In this document: positions 1 to 9,321 of the stretch, in pieces
Numbering within the stretch: position 1 is the stretch's first letter
Layout: every line of letters starts with the position of its first letter
Assembly (NCBI GenBank): GCA_036507075.1
Contig: DASXQR010000146.1
Span: 40,662 to 104,661, forward strand
DNA length: 64,000 nucleotides
Direction: 5' to 3'
Origin: Acidobacteriota bacterium
Lineage (GTDB): Bacteria > Acidobacteriota > UBA6911 > JACQSX01
Made by a program: the position numbers and the translations under genes
Notes under the pieces: model-generated
Database searches by the model: none
What the model was told of the DNA's origin: nothing
Seen by the model: the letters and a program-made list of their open reading frames with translations, nothing else

Positions 1-183
1 TCCCGTTACGAGCACGGGCGATCCTTGCCGCCCTTGCTGACCGCCTTGAAACTGGAAATTATCTATCGCGTGCCGGTGGCTTTCCTCTATCCGGAACTTT
101 ACGAAACTTTGCGTAATCGAATTCGCGCCGAGGAAGGGAAACTCTCCGTCCGGGGTCTTCAACAAGCCCTGCCCTTGAATTAA
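1..183 (+). CDS. XRE-family HTH regulator (5' partial)
   Basis: Frame 1 reads SRYEHGRSLPPLLTALKLEIIYRVPVAFLY, a typical cro/C1 HTH C-terminal half; TAA at 181-183. Confidence 0.75.
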   Translation, partial: SRYEHGRSLPPLLTALKLEIIYRVPVAFLYPELYETLRNRIRAEEGKLSVRGLQQALPLN

Positions 184-194
184 CCGCAAGACAA

Positions 195-488
195 ATGACC
201 AAGATTCTTGATCGTCTCAGCTCGCCACAAGACCGCTTCCACCCGCAGACGGCCAAAGAGTTTTTCGCGTTGCAGCTTGCCCGCAAGCTGGGAGCCCTGG
301 ACCGAGTTGGTCACTTTGTGTTGCTGGTCGACCAATATTCACAAGGAACACTGCTGCGGATCTACCGGAGGGCTCGCAAGACTCAGCAAGGAACAACGGG
401 GCTGGCAGACCGCTTCGAGGCGGAATTGGCGCATATCAACCACAAGGAGGAAGGTAATGACTCACAAGTTAGCCGCCATCAAGGTTGA
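195..488 (+). CDS. Hypothetical protein
   Basis: 97-aa ORF in operon position between the XRE and RuvC-like genes. Confidence 0.6.
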   Translation: MTKILDRLSSPQDRFHPQTAKEFFALQLARKLGALDRVGHFVLLVDQYSQGTLLRIYRRARKTQQGTTGLADRFEAELAHINHKEEGNDSQVSRHQG

Positions 489-921
489 GCGGCGAAGCGT
501 GGCGACGGCCGTCTTTGTCGGCGACAGACTGGACTACGTGCAACGACGCCAACTTTCATCTGCGCCATCAAAGGCCGAAGCCAGTGCCGTGGGTTTTGTC
601 AATTGGACCGTCAATACGTTTGAAATTCACTCGGTCGCGCTTGAGGCCGTAACCAATGGAGACGTGCGCCGCGTCCAACTAACAGAATCGATCCTGAAAA
701 TGCTTCGGGAAAACGGCGTCCCCATCTGGAAATTGTCAAAGCAGGACATGTTTGCCGCTTACGGAATCCCACCGCTTCGCACGCGTCGGGAGTTGTGGAA
801 AGTAATTCTGTCGATCTGGCCGATTCTTGACCGCGGTGAGCAAGGAAACGACGGCATTTTGGACGCCGCGGCGTTGGGTCTGCTGGTTGCTACTGAACGC
901 CTGCTCCTTACAGAGACCTGA
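457..921 (+). CDS. RuvC/RNase H-fold-like protein, probably inactive
   Basis: ATG at 457 after AAGGAGG. Pattern LAAIKVE...VALE...ILDAAALG parallels RuvC LGIDPG...E...DAADALA. Confidence 0.5.
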   Translation: MTHKLAAIKVERRSVATAVFVGDRLDYVQRRQLSSAPSKAEASAVGFVNWTVNTFEIHSVALEAVTNGDVRRVQLTESILKMLRENGVPIWKLSKQDMFAAYGIPPLRTRRELWKVILSIWPILDRGEQGNDGILDAAALGLLVATERLLLTET

Positions 922-950
922 TGGAATGAACGTGAGAGGTATTAAACAAA

Positions 951-1763
951 ATGACATCTTCCATGGTTGGACCCTTGAGTTACATCGGCGGCAAGAATCG
1001 CCTGGCCAAACGAATCATCGCCCTGTTTCCCGAGCACACGACCTATGTGGAACCGTTTGCCGGCGGCGCGCAAGTGTTCTTTCACAAGGAACCGTCGCCC
1101 GTAGAAGTGCTCAACGACTTGGACTTTGAAATCGTAAATTTCTTCCGCGTCTGTCAGTGGCACTTTGACGAATTGGTTCGCTATTTAAGATACATTCTGA
1201 TCAGTCGAAAGTGGTACGAGCTGCTGTCGGCGACAAATCCAGAAACATTAACTGACATTCAGCGGGCCGGACGCTTCTTTTATCTGCAGAAGAATTGTTA
1301 TGGAGGCCTCGTCGTCAACCCAACGTACCACTACGGCGTCATCAAGCCGTCAAACTACAATCCCCGGCGCATAACTGAAATAATCCAGAAAACTCACGAG
1401 CGGTTGCAAGGCGTTCAAATCGAATCGTTGCCGTACGAAAAGATCCTGGAGAAATATGACCGAAAGACCACGTTGTTCTATCTGGATCCGCCATATTGGA
1501 ATCGCCGATTGTACCGTTTCAATTTCAAGGAGGAAGATTTTATCGAACTGGAAAGGCTCCTGCACGGCGTGAAAGGCAAGTTCATCTTGTCTCTGGATGA
1601 CAGACCAGAAGTGCGGCAACTTTTTTCCCGCTTCTCAATCACCGGAATTGAGCTGTCCTACACGGCACAGAGAAAAAGCGGAAACCGCTATGGAGAGGTC
1701 CTAATCATGAATTACGGCTCAGCTTCTCATCGGGAACCGCGCGCGACTGCCGCACAGATTTAG
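951..1763 (+). CDS. DNA adenine methyltransferase (Dam/D12 class)
   Basis: Motifs YIGGK, YVEPFAGG, LND and FYLDPPY. Confidence 0.92.
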   Translation: MTSSMVGPLSYIGGKNRLAKRIIALFPEHTTYVEPFAGGAQVFFHKEPSPVEVLNDLDFEIVNFFRVCQWHFDELVRYLRYILISRKWYELLSATNPETLTDIQRAGRFFYLQKNCYGGLVVNPTYHYGVIKPSNYNPRRITEIIQKTHERLQGVQIESLPYEKILEKYDRKTTLFYLDPPYWNRRLYRFNFKEEDFIELERLLHGVKGKFILSLDDRPEVRQLFSRFSITGIELSYTAQRKSGNRYGEVLIMNYGSASHREPRATAAQI

Positions 1764-3111
1764 AAACCCTGGGGTCCATCGTCGTTGGTACTTGGAGTCT
1801 CGTTAGAATATCCTCTTCGCGCAGAAATACCAGGAACTCTTGTCCGACTTGCTTCTTGCAGTTTTCAATCGCTGCCCGCACCGCGTCGGCTTCTCCTCTC
1901 AAAATGTGGACCCCAGCTAGCGCTCGGTAAGAGAGCGCAATGCAACGCTGATTTCCTGCGCGGATTGCGATTTCGTTGGCGGCGATTGCCGCCTCCCAGG
2001 CTCGTTTGATCTGGCCCAGTCGCCGGTACAAATGTGACAGCAAAATCTCGGCGTCGCTTATGTCATCGGCGATGGCGAGATGCTGGCAAAGGGCAATACA
2101 TTGCCGAATCCATTCGACGGCCATCCCATAACGGTCTTTGGACAAGCGTGTGTGACCGGCGTTCCAGCTTTGATCGCCCAGCATCGAATGCACTCGACCG
2201 ATATTGAAATACGCACTCTGGATACCGTAGTAATCCTCCGCCAGCACGCAGGCCTCAAGGGCCTGTTGGTAGAACCGCAAGCCTTCCCCATATTGCCCGC
2301 GCTCTTTACAAAGCAGTCCCAGACCGTTATAGATCTCACCAAGCAACTGATGGTCACGCTTCCGCGCAACTAACGTGAGCGCTTTGCGATAGAACTGCTC
2401 GGCTTGATTCAATCGGTGTTTACGCCAGTGAATCCACGCCGCTGTTGCGCAAGCCTTCGCCTCGGACCAATCGTGATCTTCTGTTGTATGCTTCAACGCT
2501 CCTGCCGCTCTTGAATGAAGCTTCAACGCTTCGTCGTAATTCCCCTGACGTTCCAACGTCCGCGCTGCACTGCAAAGCGCCATTACCTGATGATGGGGCA
2601 GCGCTGCCGCCTCGGCCGCGCGCTGATAGTGATCCAAGGCCTTCTTGAGCTTGCCGTCGTTGAAAGCTCTATCCGCCCGCCAAAAATGCTCGACAAACCT
2701 GTAGAACCGTTTTTGATCGTCATCTTTCAATCCAGAGATACGCGACGCCGAACCCAGAAAAGATTCCATTCTCGATAACTCAACATCGAGTCTGATCTGT
2801 CCAGGAGCAACCTTCAGGCGGAACGGGCCGTAAACCTTCTGCTGACTCTCAATCGGCGTAGCGCCTCCCTTTCTTTGAATGTGACGCCTGATCTGCTTTC
2901 CCACACTCAACAGCGAGTTCTTTCCCCAGGAAGGAAGCAAGGCGATTTGCTCGGTCTCCACGAATCCTTCATCCGATTGAGGGCTCTTCAATCTCGCGAT
3001 CGCAAGAAGGCAATACAGTTCAAAGAACCTCTTTGACAGAGCCAGATGATGGCCGCGGAATTTCACCACACGATCAGCCAAGGTGATTGCCAGCGTTTCT
3101 GCGCGACTCAT
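1705..3111 (-). CDS. TPR protein with a possible N-terminal DNA-binding domain
   Basis: Repeated TPR helices (YNGLGLL...A...YQQAL, AYFNIGRVH); the N-terminal ~110 aa resemble a winged-helix effector. Confidence 0.75.
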   Translation of the reverse strand: MSRAETLAITLADRVVKFRGHHLALSKRFFELYCLLAIARLKSPQSDEGFVETEQIALLPSWGKNSLLSVGKQIRRHIQRKGGATPIESQQKVYGPFRLKVAPGQIRLDVELSRMESFLGSASRISGLKDDDQKRFYRFVEHFWRADRAFNDGKLKKALDHYQRAAEAAALPHHQVMALCSAARTLERQGNYDEALKLHSRAAGALKHTTEDHDWSEAKACATAAWIHWRKHRLNQAEQFYRKALTLVARKRDHQLLGEIYNGLGLLCKERGQYGEGLRFYQQALEACVLAEDYYGIQSAYFNIGRVHSMLGDQSWNAGHTRLSKDRYGMAVEWIRQCIALCQHLAIADDISDAEILLSHLYRRLGQIKRAWEAAIAANEIAIRAGNQRCIALSYRALAGVHILRGEADAVRAAIENCKKQVGQEFLVFLREEDILTRLQVPTTMDPRVSKSVRQSRAVPDEKLSRNS

Positions 3112-3212
3112 CGCGATTTGTGAAGTTTTGTGAAATTACGTTGCAGACAGCTTAACACAGGAACGGGCAGGATCTGGAGCGTAGGGGCTCGGAATGAGAG
3201 CTCAAACACGAG

Positions 3213-3629
3213 ATGCGGAGAGACGGTATGGGATTGTATGACTCAGAGATCCTGCTCTTTCAAACTTGTCGAGGTTTTGACGGCAGGACTCATCCCGTAG
3301 ACATCGGAAAACGTAACGGTCGGCTCGCCCTGCTGTTTCATCCCCGACTAGTCGCTCTCCCTTCCGGCATCGCAGCCAGTTGCGCTGAGGACCGAGCGCG
3401 CAGAAGAATTCGTCAAGCGTTCTTTTGGGGACTGACGCCCACGGAAAAGCGAACGTGGCAAAAGGCGCTCGAGGGCAGCTCTGTCCGGCAGATCGCGCGT
3501 GAGGAAGGCGTGAGTCGCTCGGCGATTTATGAGCGATTCCGGGGCAACTCTAAAGGTCAAGGCGGCATGATCGCCAAAAATCCCTATGTGGCCGTCTGGT
3601 GGTACTTCCGCTCGGAAAAGATTCTATGA
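3213..3629 (+). CDS. HTH (sigma region 4-like) protein
   Basis: LTPTEKR...GSSVRQIAREEGVSRSAIYER HTH; the stop overlaps the next ATG (ATGA). Confidence 0.65.
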   Translation: MRRDGMGLYDSEILLFQTCRGFDGRTHPVDIGKRNGRLALLFHPRLVALPSGIAASCAEDRARRRIRQAFFWGLTPTEKRTWQKALEGSSVRQIAREEGVSRSAIYERFRGNSKGQGGMIAKNPYVAVWWYFRSEKIL

Positions 3630-5002
3630 GCAAAATCGTCGAAAAATTTATTGCCGGGATTTGGAACCGGTCGGCTACCGAAGGCGAGCCCCAAGTAGTC
3701 ATTCGCGGTCTGGACCTTGGGCTGTCCATTGTTGACGGCCAGCTTACTCGGAGCCACACGGGCATTCCCCATTCCAAACGACCGGAGCACGTGGCGATCC
3801 TCGGAAAGACCGGCACCGGCAAGAGTTCACTACTTCGATATATGGCGCGCCAGGACATTGGTCGGGATCAAGGCTTTTGTTTCTTCGATCTTCATGGTGA
3901 CGCGACTTCTGTCCTGCTCGGCCTGGTGGCATCAGAGGAGCGAAGGAGTAGCCGGGACCTGAGTGAAAAGCTCGTCATTATTGAACCGGCTGACCGCGAG
4001 TTCTCGGTGGGCCTGAACGTGCTGGAGGAAACCGGCCTACAAAGCAGCTTTGTTCAGATCGCCGAGTTTGCGCAGATTCTAAAACAGCGCTGGCATTTGG
4101 ACGCCCTGGGCGCGAGAACCGAAGAACTGCTCCGAAACGCGCTCGCGGTCGCCTTGGACAACAATTTGACCTTACTCGAAGTGGCGCCGCTTCTAACCAA
4201 CCAAGCGTTTCGCGCCGCTTGTCTTCGCCGCACTGCCAATCCGGAAATCAAGGATTACTTCGAGGGACGCTACAACCGTGCAAGCGAAGGGATGCAGGCG
4301 ACGACCAACAACGCGATTCTGAACAAACTGACCGCTTTTACGGCCGATCCACACTTCCGCCACATTCTCGGCCAGCGGCAATCGACGTTTTCGCTTCTTG
4401 ATGCGCTGGACCACGGCTGTTGGGTCGTCGTGAATCTGGACAAAGGGCGCTTAGGAGAGCAGGCCGCAACGCTCGGAAGCCTGCTGTTGACCAAACTGAA
4501 AAACGCTCTGTTCTCCCGTCGCAGCCGGAACCTGTTCACCATTTACGCCGATGAAATTCAAAACCTGGTGACCTTTGACAGCGGCTTGGATGTGTTGCTT
4601 TCGGAAGCTCGAAAATTTGGTATCTCCGTCTGTTCGGCGAATCAATATCTTGATCAGTATCCCCAGCAGATGCGCGCGGCGATCATGGCGGTCGGCACGC
4701 ACGTTTGCTTCCAGCTTTCCGCCGCGGACGCCGACAAGCTCGGCGCGGCATTTGACGGCGGGAAAACTCTTGCTGAGATTCTGAAAAACCTCCCGCAGCG
4801 TCACATCGTAATCAAGTCCGGTCATCATCGATGGCGGCAGGCCGTGGTTCCTCAGATCGAAATCCCACAGGTTGACTGGAGAGATCTTTACAACAGATGT
4901 CGTCACCGATGGGCCAGACGGCGAACGGAGATTGACGCGGAAATCCGCGCACGCCAACAGCGTTTCAGTCGCCAGGATGAGGTGCTCGATGACTGGGAAT
5001 AA
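3626..5002 (+). CDS. Type IV coupling protein-like ATPase (VirD4/TraD/HerA-FtsK superfamily)
   Basis: Walker A GKTGTGKS, FDLHGD, Walker B IYADE, LLSEARKFG, ANQ. Confidence 0.85.
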   Translation: MSKIVEKFIAGIWNRSATEGEPQVVIRGLDLGLSIVDGQLTRSHTGIPHSKRPEHVAILGKTGTGKSSLLRYMARQDIGRDQGFCFFDLHGDATSVLLGLVASEERRSSRDLSEKLVIIEPADREFSVGLNVLEETGLQSSFVQIAEFAQILKQRWHLDALGARTEELLRNALAVALDNNLTLLEVAPLLTNQAFRAACLRRTANPEIKDYFEGRYNRASEGMQATTNNAILNKLTAFTADPHFRHILGQRQSTFSLLDALDHGCWVVVNLDKGRLGEQAATLGSLLLTKLKNALFSRRSRNLFTIYADEIQNLVTFDSGLDVLLSEARKFGISVCSANQYLDQYPQQMRAAIMAVGTHVCFQLSAADADKLGAAFDGGKTLAEILKNLPQRHIVIKSGHHRWRQAVVPQIEIPQVDWRDLYNRCRHRWARRRTEIDAEIRARQQRFSRQDEVLDDWE

Positions 5003-5753
5003 CAAGAAGGCGGTGGTGATCCAGGAACGCGACCGTTTGCTGTTTCGAGAGCTCTCGCGAATGAGGGTGATCGATCGGGAACAGGTCAAAGTGGTGGCAG
5101 GTTTCCGGTCCACGACTGCCGTCAACCTTCGCCTGTCGAAATTGCTTCACGCCGGTTTCTTGCGGCGCATCTTCATTGGTACTGCGCCAGGTAACAAGAA
5201 GGCACTGTATACGTTGTCCTCCACCAGCGCGGCGCTCGTGGGAGATGACCGATCTCGCAAGTCGCTCTCTCTGTCAGGAACCCTTGGCCTCGAGCATCAA
5301 CTTGCCGTCAACGCAATCTACCTGACCATCAAGTTCCACCCGATCGCAGTTAACGACCTTAGGTTTGAGCGCTGGATTACTTTCCGCCAGCCCCTTCCCG
5401 GCACCGCTTTGATTCCCGATGGGTACTTCGAGCTGCAGTCGCCAACCGGAATTCACCCAATGTTTTTGGAAGTGGATCTCGGCACCGAAGTCTCAAGAAT
5501 CTGGCGGGACAAGACGGCAGCCTATCTGCAGTTGGCCACCTCAGGTCAGTTTGAAAAGCTCTTTCATCAATCCAGATTCCGGGTCCTGGTCGTGGCCACT
5601 ACGAGGCGGCGCCTCGAAACCATCCGGTCGAGCGTTGCCAAATCCACTGAAAAGATCTTTTGGTTTTCCAACTTCGAGCAAATCAAAGGCAATTCCTTCT
5701 GGGCTTCGGTTTGGCTTCGACCGAAGGGCAACCAACTTCAATCACTTTTCTAA
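4989..5753 (+). CDS. Replication-relaxation (Replic_Relax) family protein
   Basis: N-terminal wHTH (QERDRLL..., RLSKL..AGFL), HQLAVN, IPDGYF, FLEVDLGTE, K..AY; adjacent to the coupling ATPase. Confidence 0.8.
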   Translation: MTGNNKKAVVIQERDRLLFRELSRMRVIDREQVKVVAGFRSTTAVNLRLSKLLHAGFLRRIFIGTAPGNKKALYTLSSTSAALVGDDRSRKSLSLSGTLGLEHQLAVNAIYLTIKFHPIAVNDLRFERWITFRQPLPGTALIPDGYFELQSPTGIHPMFLEVDLGTEVSRIWRDKTAAYLQLATSGQFEKLFHQSRFRVLVVATTRRRLETIRSSVAKSTEKIFWFSNFEQIKGNSFWASVWLRPKGNQLQSLF

Positions 5754-5762
5754 AGAATTCTT

Positions 5763-6194
5763 ATGCGCTATTGCAACAACTGTCATCGAATCACTGAAGG
5801 CGACCCGCTCTTTTGCCAGTTCTGCGCCAGAAGCTATGACGTCAAGCTCTGCCCTCATCGACACGTCAACCCGCGAATCGCCGATGTCTGTTCTGAATGC
5901 GGCTCGCGGGATCTGAGCACGCCGGCTCCCTCGATGGGACTCGGCAAGAGACTTCTCCTATTTTGCTTGTCGGCGGGCCCCGGCGTGTTCCTCTTGCTGA
6001 TGACGATCCTTCTCGTTGTCGGCTTCATCCAGGTCATCTTCGGCGATCCTGCAATGCTCTTCCGCTTCCTGATCTTGGCCTTGTTGTTCGGCATTCTCTG
6101 GCGGATTTATATGTTTTTCCCACCTCCGCTTCGCAACTTGTTCAAATCCATATGGCCCAAAACTCGACCCAAGCGACAAACGCCCAGGCACTGA
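5763..6194 (+). CDS. Zinc-ribbon membrane protein
   Basis: CNNC, CQFC, CPHRH and CSEC motifs followed by two hydrophobic helices. Confidence 0.7.
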   Translation: MRYCNNCHRITEGDPLFCQFCARSYDVKLCPHRHVNPRIADVCSECGSRDLSTPAPSMGLGKRLLLFCLSAGPGVFLLLMTILLVVGFIQVIFGDPAMLFRFLILALLFGILWRIYMFFPPPLRNLFKSIWPKTRPKRQTPRH

Positions 6195-6333
6195 TACCCC
6201 AACTCGCCGCGTCGGCCAAACGCGCAACCACGCCATTTTATTGGCTTTCTCTGGCCTATCCCATAGGCAGCCCTGCCTATGCCGGTGCCTACAACTCTGC
6301 CTATACCGAAACTCCCAACCCGAGGTGTCCCGC

Positions 6334-6618
6334 ATGAGTGAAGACATTCTTGGCAAGCCGATAAACATCCGTGACGTTGCCAAATTGATCGGCCTCTCGC
6401 CCTGGAGTGTAAGACACCGGCTCATCCCGAAGGGATTGCCGCACTTCCGCTCCGGGGCCAGCGGCAGGTTGATTTTCTACACCAACCAAGTCGTCCGCTG
6501 GATCGAAGACCAACAGAAAGGAGGGAAACAAAGTGGGTCTCTGGAAAAGAGGACAGGTCTGGTGGGCTTACTGGTACGTCGACGGCGTCCGGCACCAGGT
6601 ATCGACAGGCACAGGTAA
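6334..6618 (+). CDS. Excisionase-like HTH protein
   Basis: ATG at 6334 after GAGGT; INIRDVAKLIGLSPWSV...GLPHFR...LIF...V.RWIE; directly upstream of the integrase. Confidence 0.7.
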   Translation: MSEDILGKPINIRDVAKLIGLSPWSVRHRLIPKGLPHFRSGASGRLIFYTNQVVRWIEDQQKGGKQSGSLEKRTGLVGLLVRRRRPAPGIDRHR

Positions 6619-7573
6619 TCGAAGACAAGCCGAGAGCATCATGCAGAAGCTCAAGCAGGAGGCCAACGCGAGACGCCACCAACTAATCGAAGCGGACCCG
6701 CACATGACGTTTGGGGCCTTGGCCGCCAGGTTCATCGCAAACGGCAATCCGTCTCATCATCACCTGGAGCGGCTCGAAATGCTGCTTACGTACTTCGCCG
6801 ACACGCCGGTGGTGCGGATTAACCGGGCCATGGCGGGTGAGTACAGGGCGTGGCGCCACGCCGCCAAGCAAGTCTCCGACGCGACCATCAACCGGGATCT
6901 ATCCGTGATGCGGCGGCTGCTCTACTGGGGCGTCGAGCAATCCTTGTTGCTGGCAAACCCTCTAGCGCGCCTGCGAATGGAGAGGGAGCGCAGAACAGGA
7001 CGGCCGGTGGTCAGCATTGTCGAGGAAGCTAACCTTTTGAAAGCCGCAGCCGACCACCTGAAGGACATCATCGTCGCCGCGCTGGACACTGGCATGCGGC
7101 GCGGCGAGATCCTGCATCAACGGTGGGAGCACGTTGATTTTACGAGGCGCTTGCTCTTTGTCACCCGGTCAAAAACGCCCGAAGGGGAAGCCCGAGAGAT
7201 CCCGCTGACCCGGAGACTGCTGACCCTGCTCTGGAGTCGGCGGCAGCCCGAAGGCCTGATCTTCACCTTCAACCAGGTAGCCATTCGCGACATTAAGACT
7301 GCCTGGAAACGGACGCTGAAGAATTCAGGGAGCCGCCACATCCGCTTCCACGACCTGCGGCACACGTTCAACACCCGGCTGCTGGAAGCCGGAGTCATGC
7401 AAGAGGTGCGGATGGCCCTGATGGGTCATTCCAACCGCGAAAGAGTGCATTCCATTTACACCCACGTGGAACTGCCGGCTAAACGCGAAGCGATCGCGAA
7501 GCTTGAACAGTGGGTGCAAGACCAAAAGCAACTAAAGGGAGGAGGAGAAAATGCCATCACCCAAGCAGTCTGA
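6533..7573 (+). CDS. Tyrosine recombinase/integrase
   Basis: Catalytic R-K-H-R-H-Y set in DTGMRRGE, SKT, FHDLRH, MGH and IYTH. Confidence 0.95.
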   Translation: MGLWKRGQVWWAYWYVDGVRHQVSTGTGNRRQAESIMQKLKQEANARRHQLIEADPHMTFGALAARFIANGNPSHHHLERLEMLLTYFADTPVVRINRAMAGEYRAWRHAAKQVSDATINRDLSVMRRLLYWGVEQSLLLANPLARLRMERERRTGRPVVSIVEEANLLKAAADHLKDIIVAALDTGMRRGEILHQRWEHVDFTRRLLFVTRSKTPEGEAREIPLTRRLLTLLWSRRQPEGLIFTFNQVAIRDIKTAWKRTLKNSGSRHIRFHDLRHTFNTRLLEAGVMQEVRMALMGHSNRERVHSIYTHVELPAKREAIAKLEQWVQDQKQLKGGGENAITQAV

Positions 7574-7760
7574 AGCTGCCTCTGCAAAGGCCGCCTCAAC
7601 CGGACGAAAACCCTGGAAGAAAAGGACGCCTGTCGAAGTTGTATTGGAACAGGCCGACAAGCTCAAACAGGAGATCGCCCAGACCGAAGACGACCTGAAG
7701 CAAAAGCGCAAGCAGCTTGCCAAGTTCGAAGAGGCACGCAAGATCTTCGAAACAAGCTAA
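7551..7760 (+). CDS. Small basic coiled-coil protein
   Basis: ATG after GGAGGAG; 69 aa; followed by a terminator. Confidence 0.6.
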   Translation: MPSPKQSEAASAKAASTGRKPWKKRTPVEVVLEQADKLKQEIAQTEDDLKQKRKQLAKFEEARKIFETS

Positions 7761-7766
7761 ACAACC

Positions 7767-7806
7767 AAGGAGTTTGCCCGATGGGGGCAAACTCCTTTTC
7801 TTTTTT
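7767..7806 (+). terminator. Rho-independent terminator
   Basis: AAGGAGTTTGCCC-gatgg-GGGCAAACTCCTT stem followed by a T tract. Confidence 0.8.
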
Positions 7807-8786
7807 GACCCAGACCCGGCCTCCTTACAGGGGAGTGTCAGAATCAAATTAGGGGCAATGACGCCTCAAATCCAATCAGGGAGAGAAACATGAAGCGAAG
7901 TATCCATAAAGAGAGCGGCATCGGACGAGATGCCTCGGGATGTTGAAGTCGAACCGGGAACGACGGCCTATGACCTCTGAATTTCGATCCGCACCAGCAT
8001 GCCATCGGCACCGCTAACGGCGAAATCCTGCACGGCAACGATGCGCTCTATTCCAAGGTGAGCGAAGGCGAACAAGCTGCTGGTCACCTCGGGAGAAAAG
8101 TCTTTTTTTCTTCCCAGGGGCGCCCGACCATTTTCCTGCGATCCTGCCGGTAGCCCCGAGGGTGGCTGTTCTGGAATCTCGTCGCTCGCATGGCGTTGGT
8201 CCCCCCCCATTTTTTTTCTTCCCAGGACAGATCGCGGACCACCGAATCATCGATCCATTGGGGCACCATTTGATTCCTGACCGAAGTGGCCTGCAGCCAA
8301 ACGCAAGAGTTGATTGCTCCTTGGTGCGCGTCGGCTGGTGTGCGCAAGGCTCGTTGTGGCGGATCCGCTCGGGGGGCGCGCCGCAAGAGAAAAGGGTTAC
8401 TTCCCCCAAGGCCCCGGTCAGGATATGCCGAGAGATCGCCATTTTGACTGAGAAATTTCTCACCAGAAAAGACCTGCGAAATTCGCAGACTTGTCACCGG
8501 CCGATGACGTCACAAGCACTCTCGAAGGTCGGCGAACAAAGGAGAGTAAACCCCACAAAGGGTGGTACAGTTCGGAGCATTAGGAAGAACAGTTTTGGTA
8601 TAACCAATATTGCTTGACTCCTCTGCGCTGTTTTTGCGGATAATTGCGCCAACAGCAAGAGCAATTCTCCCGGACTCTTGTTTTTCTCAAGACTCGAAGA
8701 CGGCACGGCGTAGGTGACCTTCCACGTCAGGAGCCATCGGAGTGACGAGGAAACGTAATTGTCGGGCTGCGTATTGGAGGCACATC

Positions 8787-9257
8787 ATGGGGACCAAGCA
8801 AACCACGAAACGAGGTACGGACAGGACGAGGTCGAAGCAGCGACTGAAAGCACTTGCCCGTCGGTACGCGCAGGTCTTGCGCGGGATTAACACCCAGGAG
8901 GCCGCACGACGCAAGCTCTCAAAGGAACTCTATGAGCTCGCGTTGGATTCCGAAGATGCGGAGCTGGCGTTACACGAGCACACCTTCGGCCCCCGCAAGA
9001 CCAAGCCAGTTGTCAAACATGTGCCATTGGCGAGTCCGGAAGCGGCGTTATGGCTGATGTGCTGCAATATTTGGGTGCCCCTGCCGATCATCGTGTGCAT
9101 CCTTGCTGGGTGCCCGCCCGTCCTGCTGCCCCCGGGCAGAGTCTGCTTTTTAATAAACTGTCAGATGAAGGTCCGTTCTCGAATCGCAGGCCCCTGCCCT
9201 AGAACGACAGCCAAACGAGTCAGACTGCGTTTTCTATTGACCTGGACTGACACGTAG
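8787..9257 (+). CDS. Hypothetical protein, basic N-terminus and Cys/Pro-rich C-terminus
   Basis: ATG at 8787 after GGAGG. Confidence 0.55.
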   Translation: MGTKQTTKRGTDRTRSKQRLKALARRYAQVLRGINTQEAARRKLSKELYELALDSEDAELALHEHTFGPRKTKPVVKHVPLASPEAALWLMCCNIWVPLPIIVCILAGCPPVLLPPGRVCFLINCQMKVRSRIAGPCPRTTAKRVRLRFLLTWTDT

Positions 9258-9321
9258 GAGCAAGCTTTGTGAAACCCCAAGGAAGTTGGACTCCGAGGCT
9301 AAACCTGCTTAAAAGACTACG

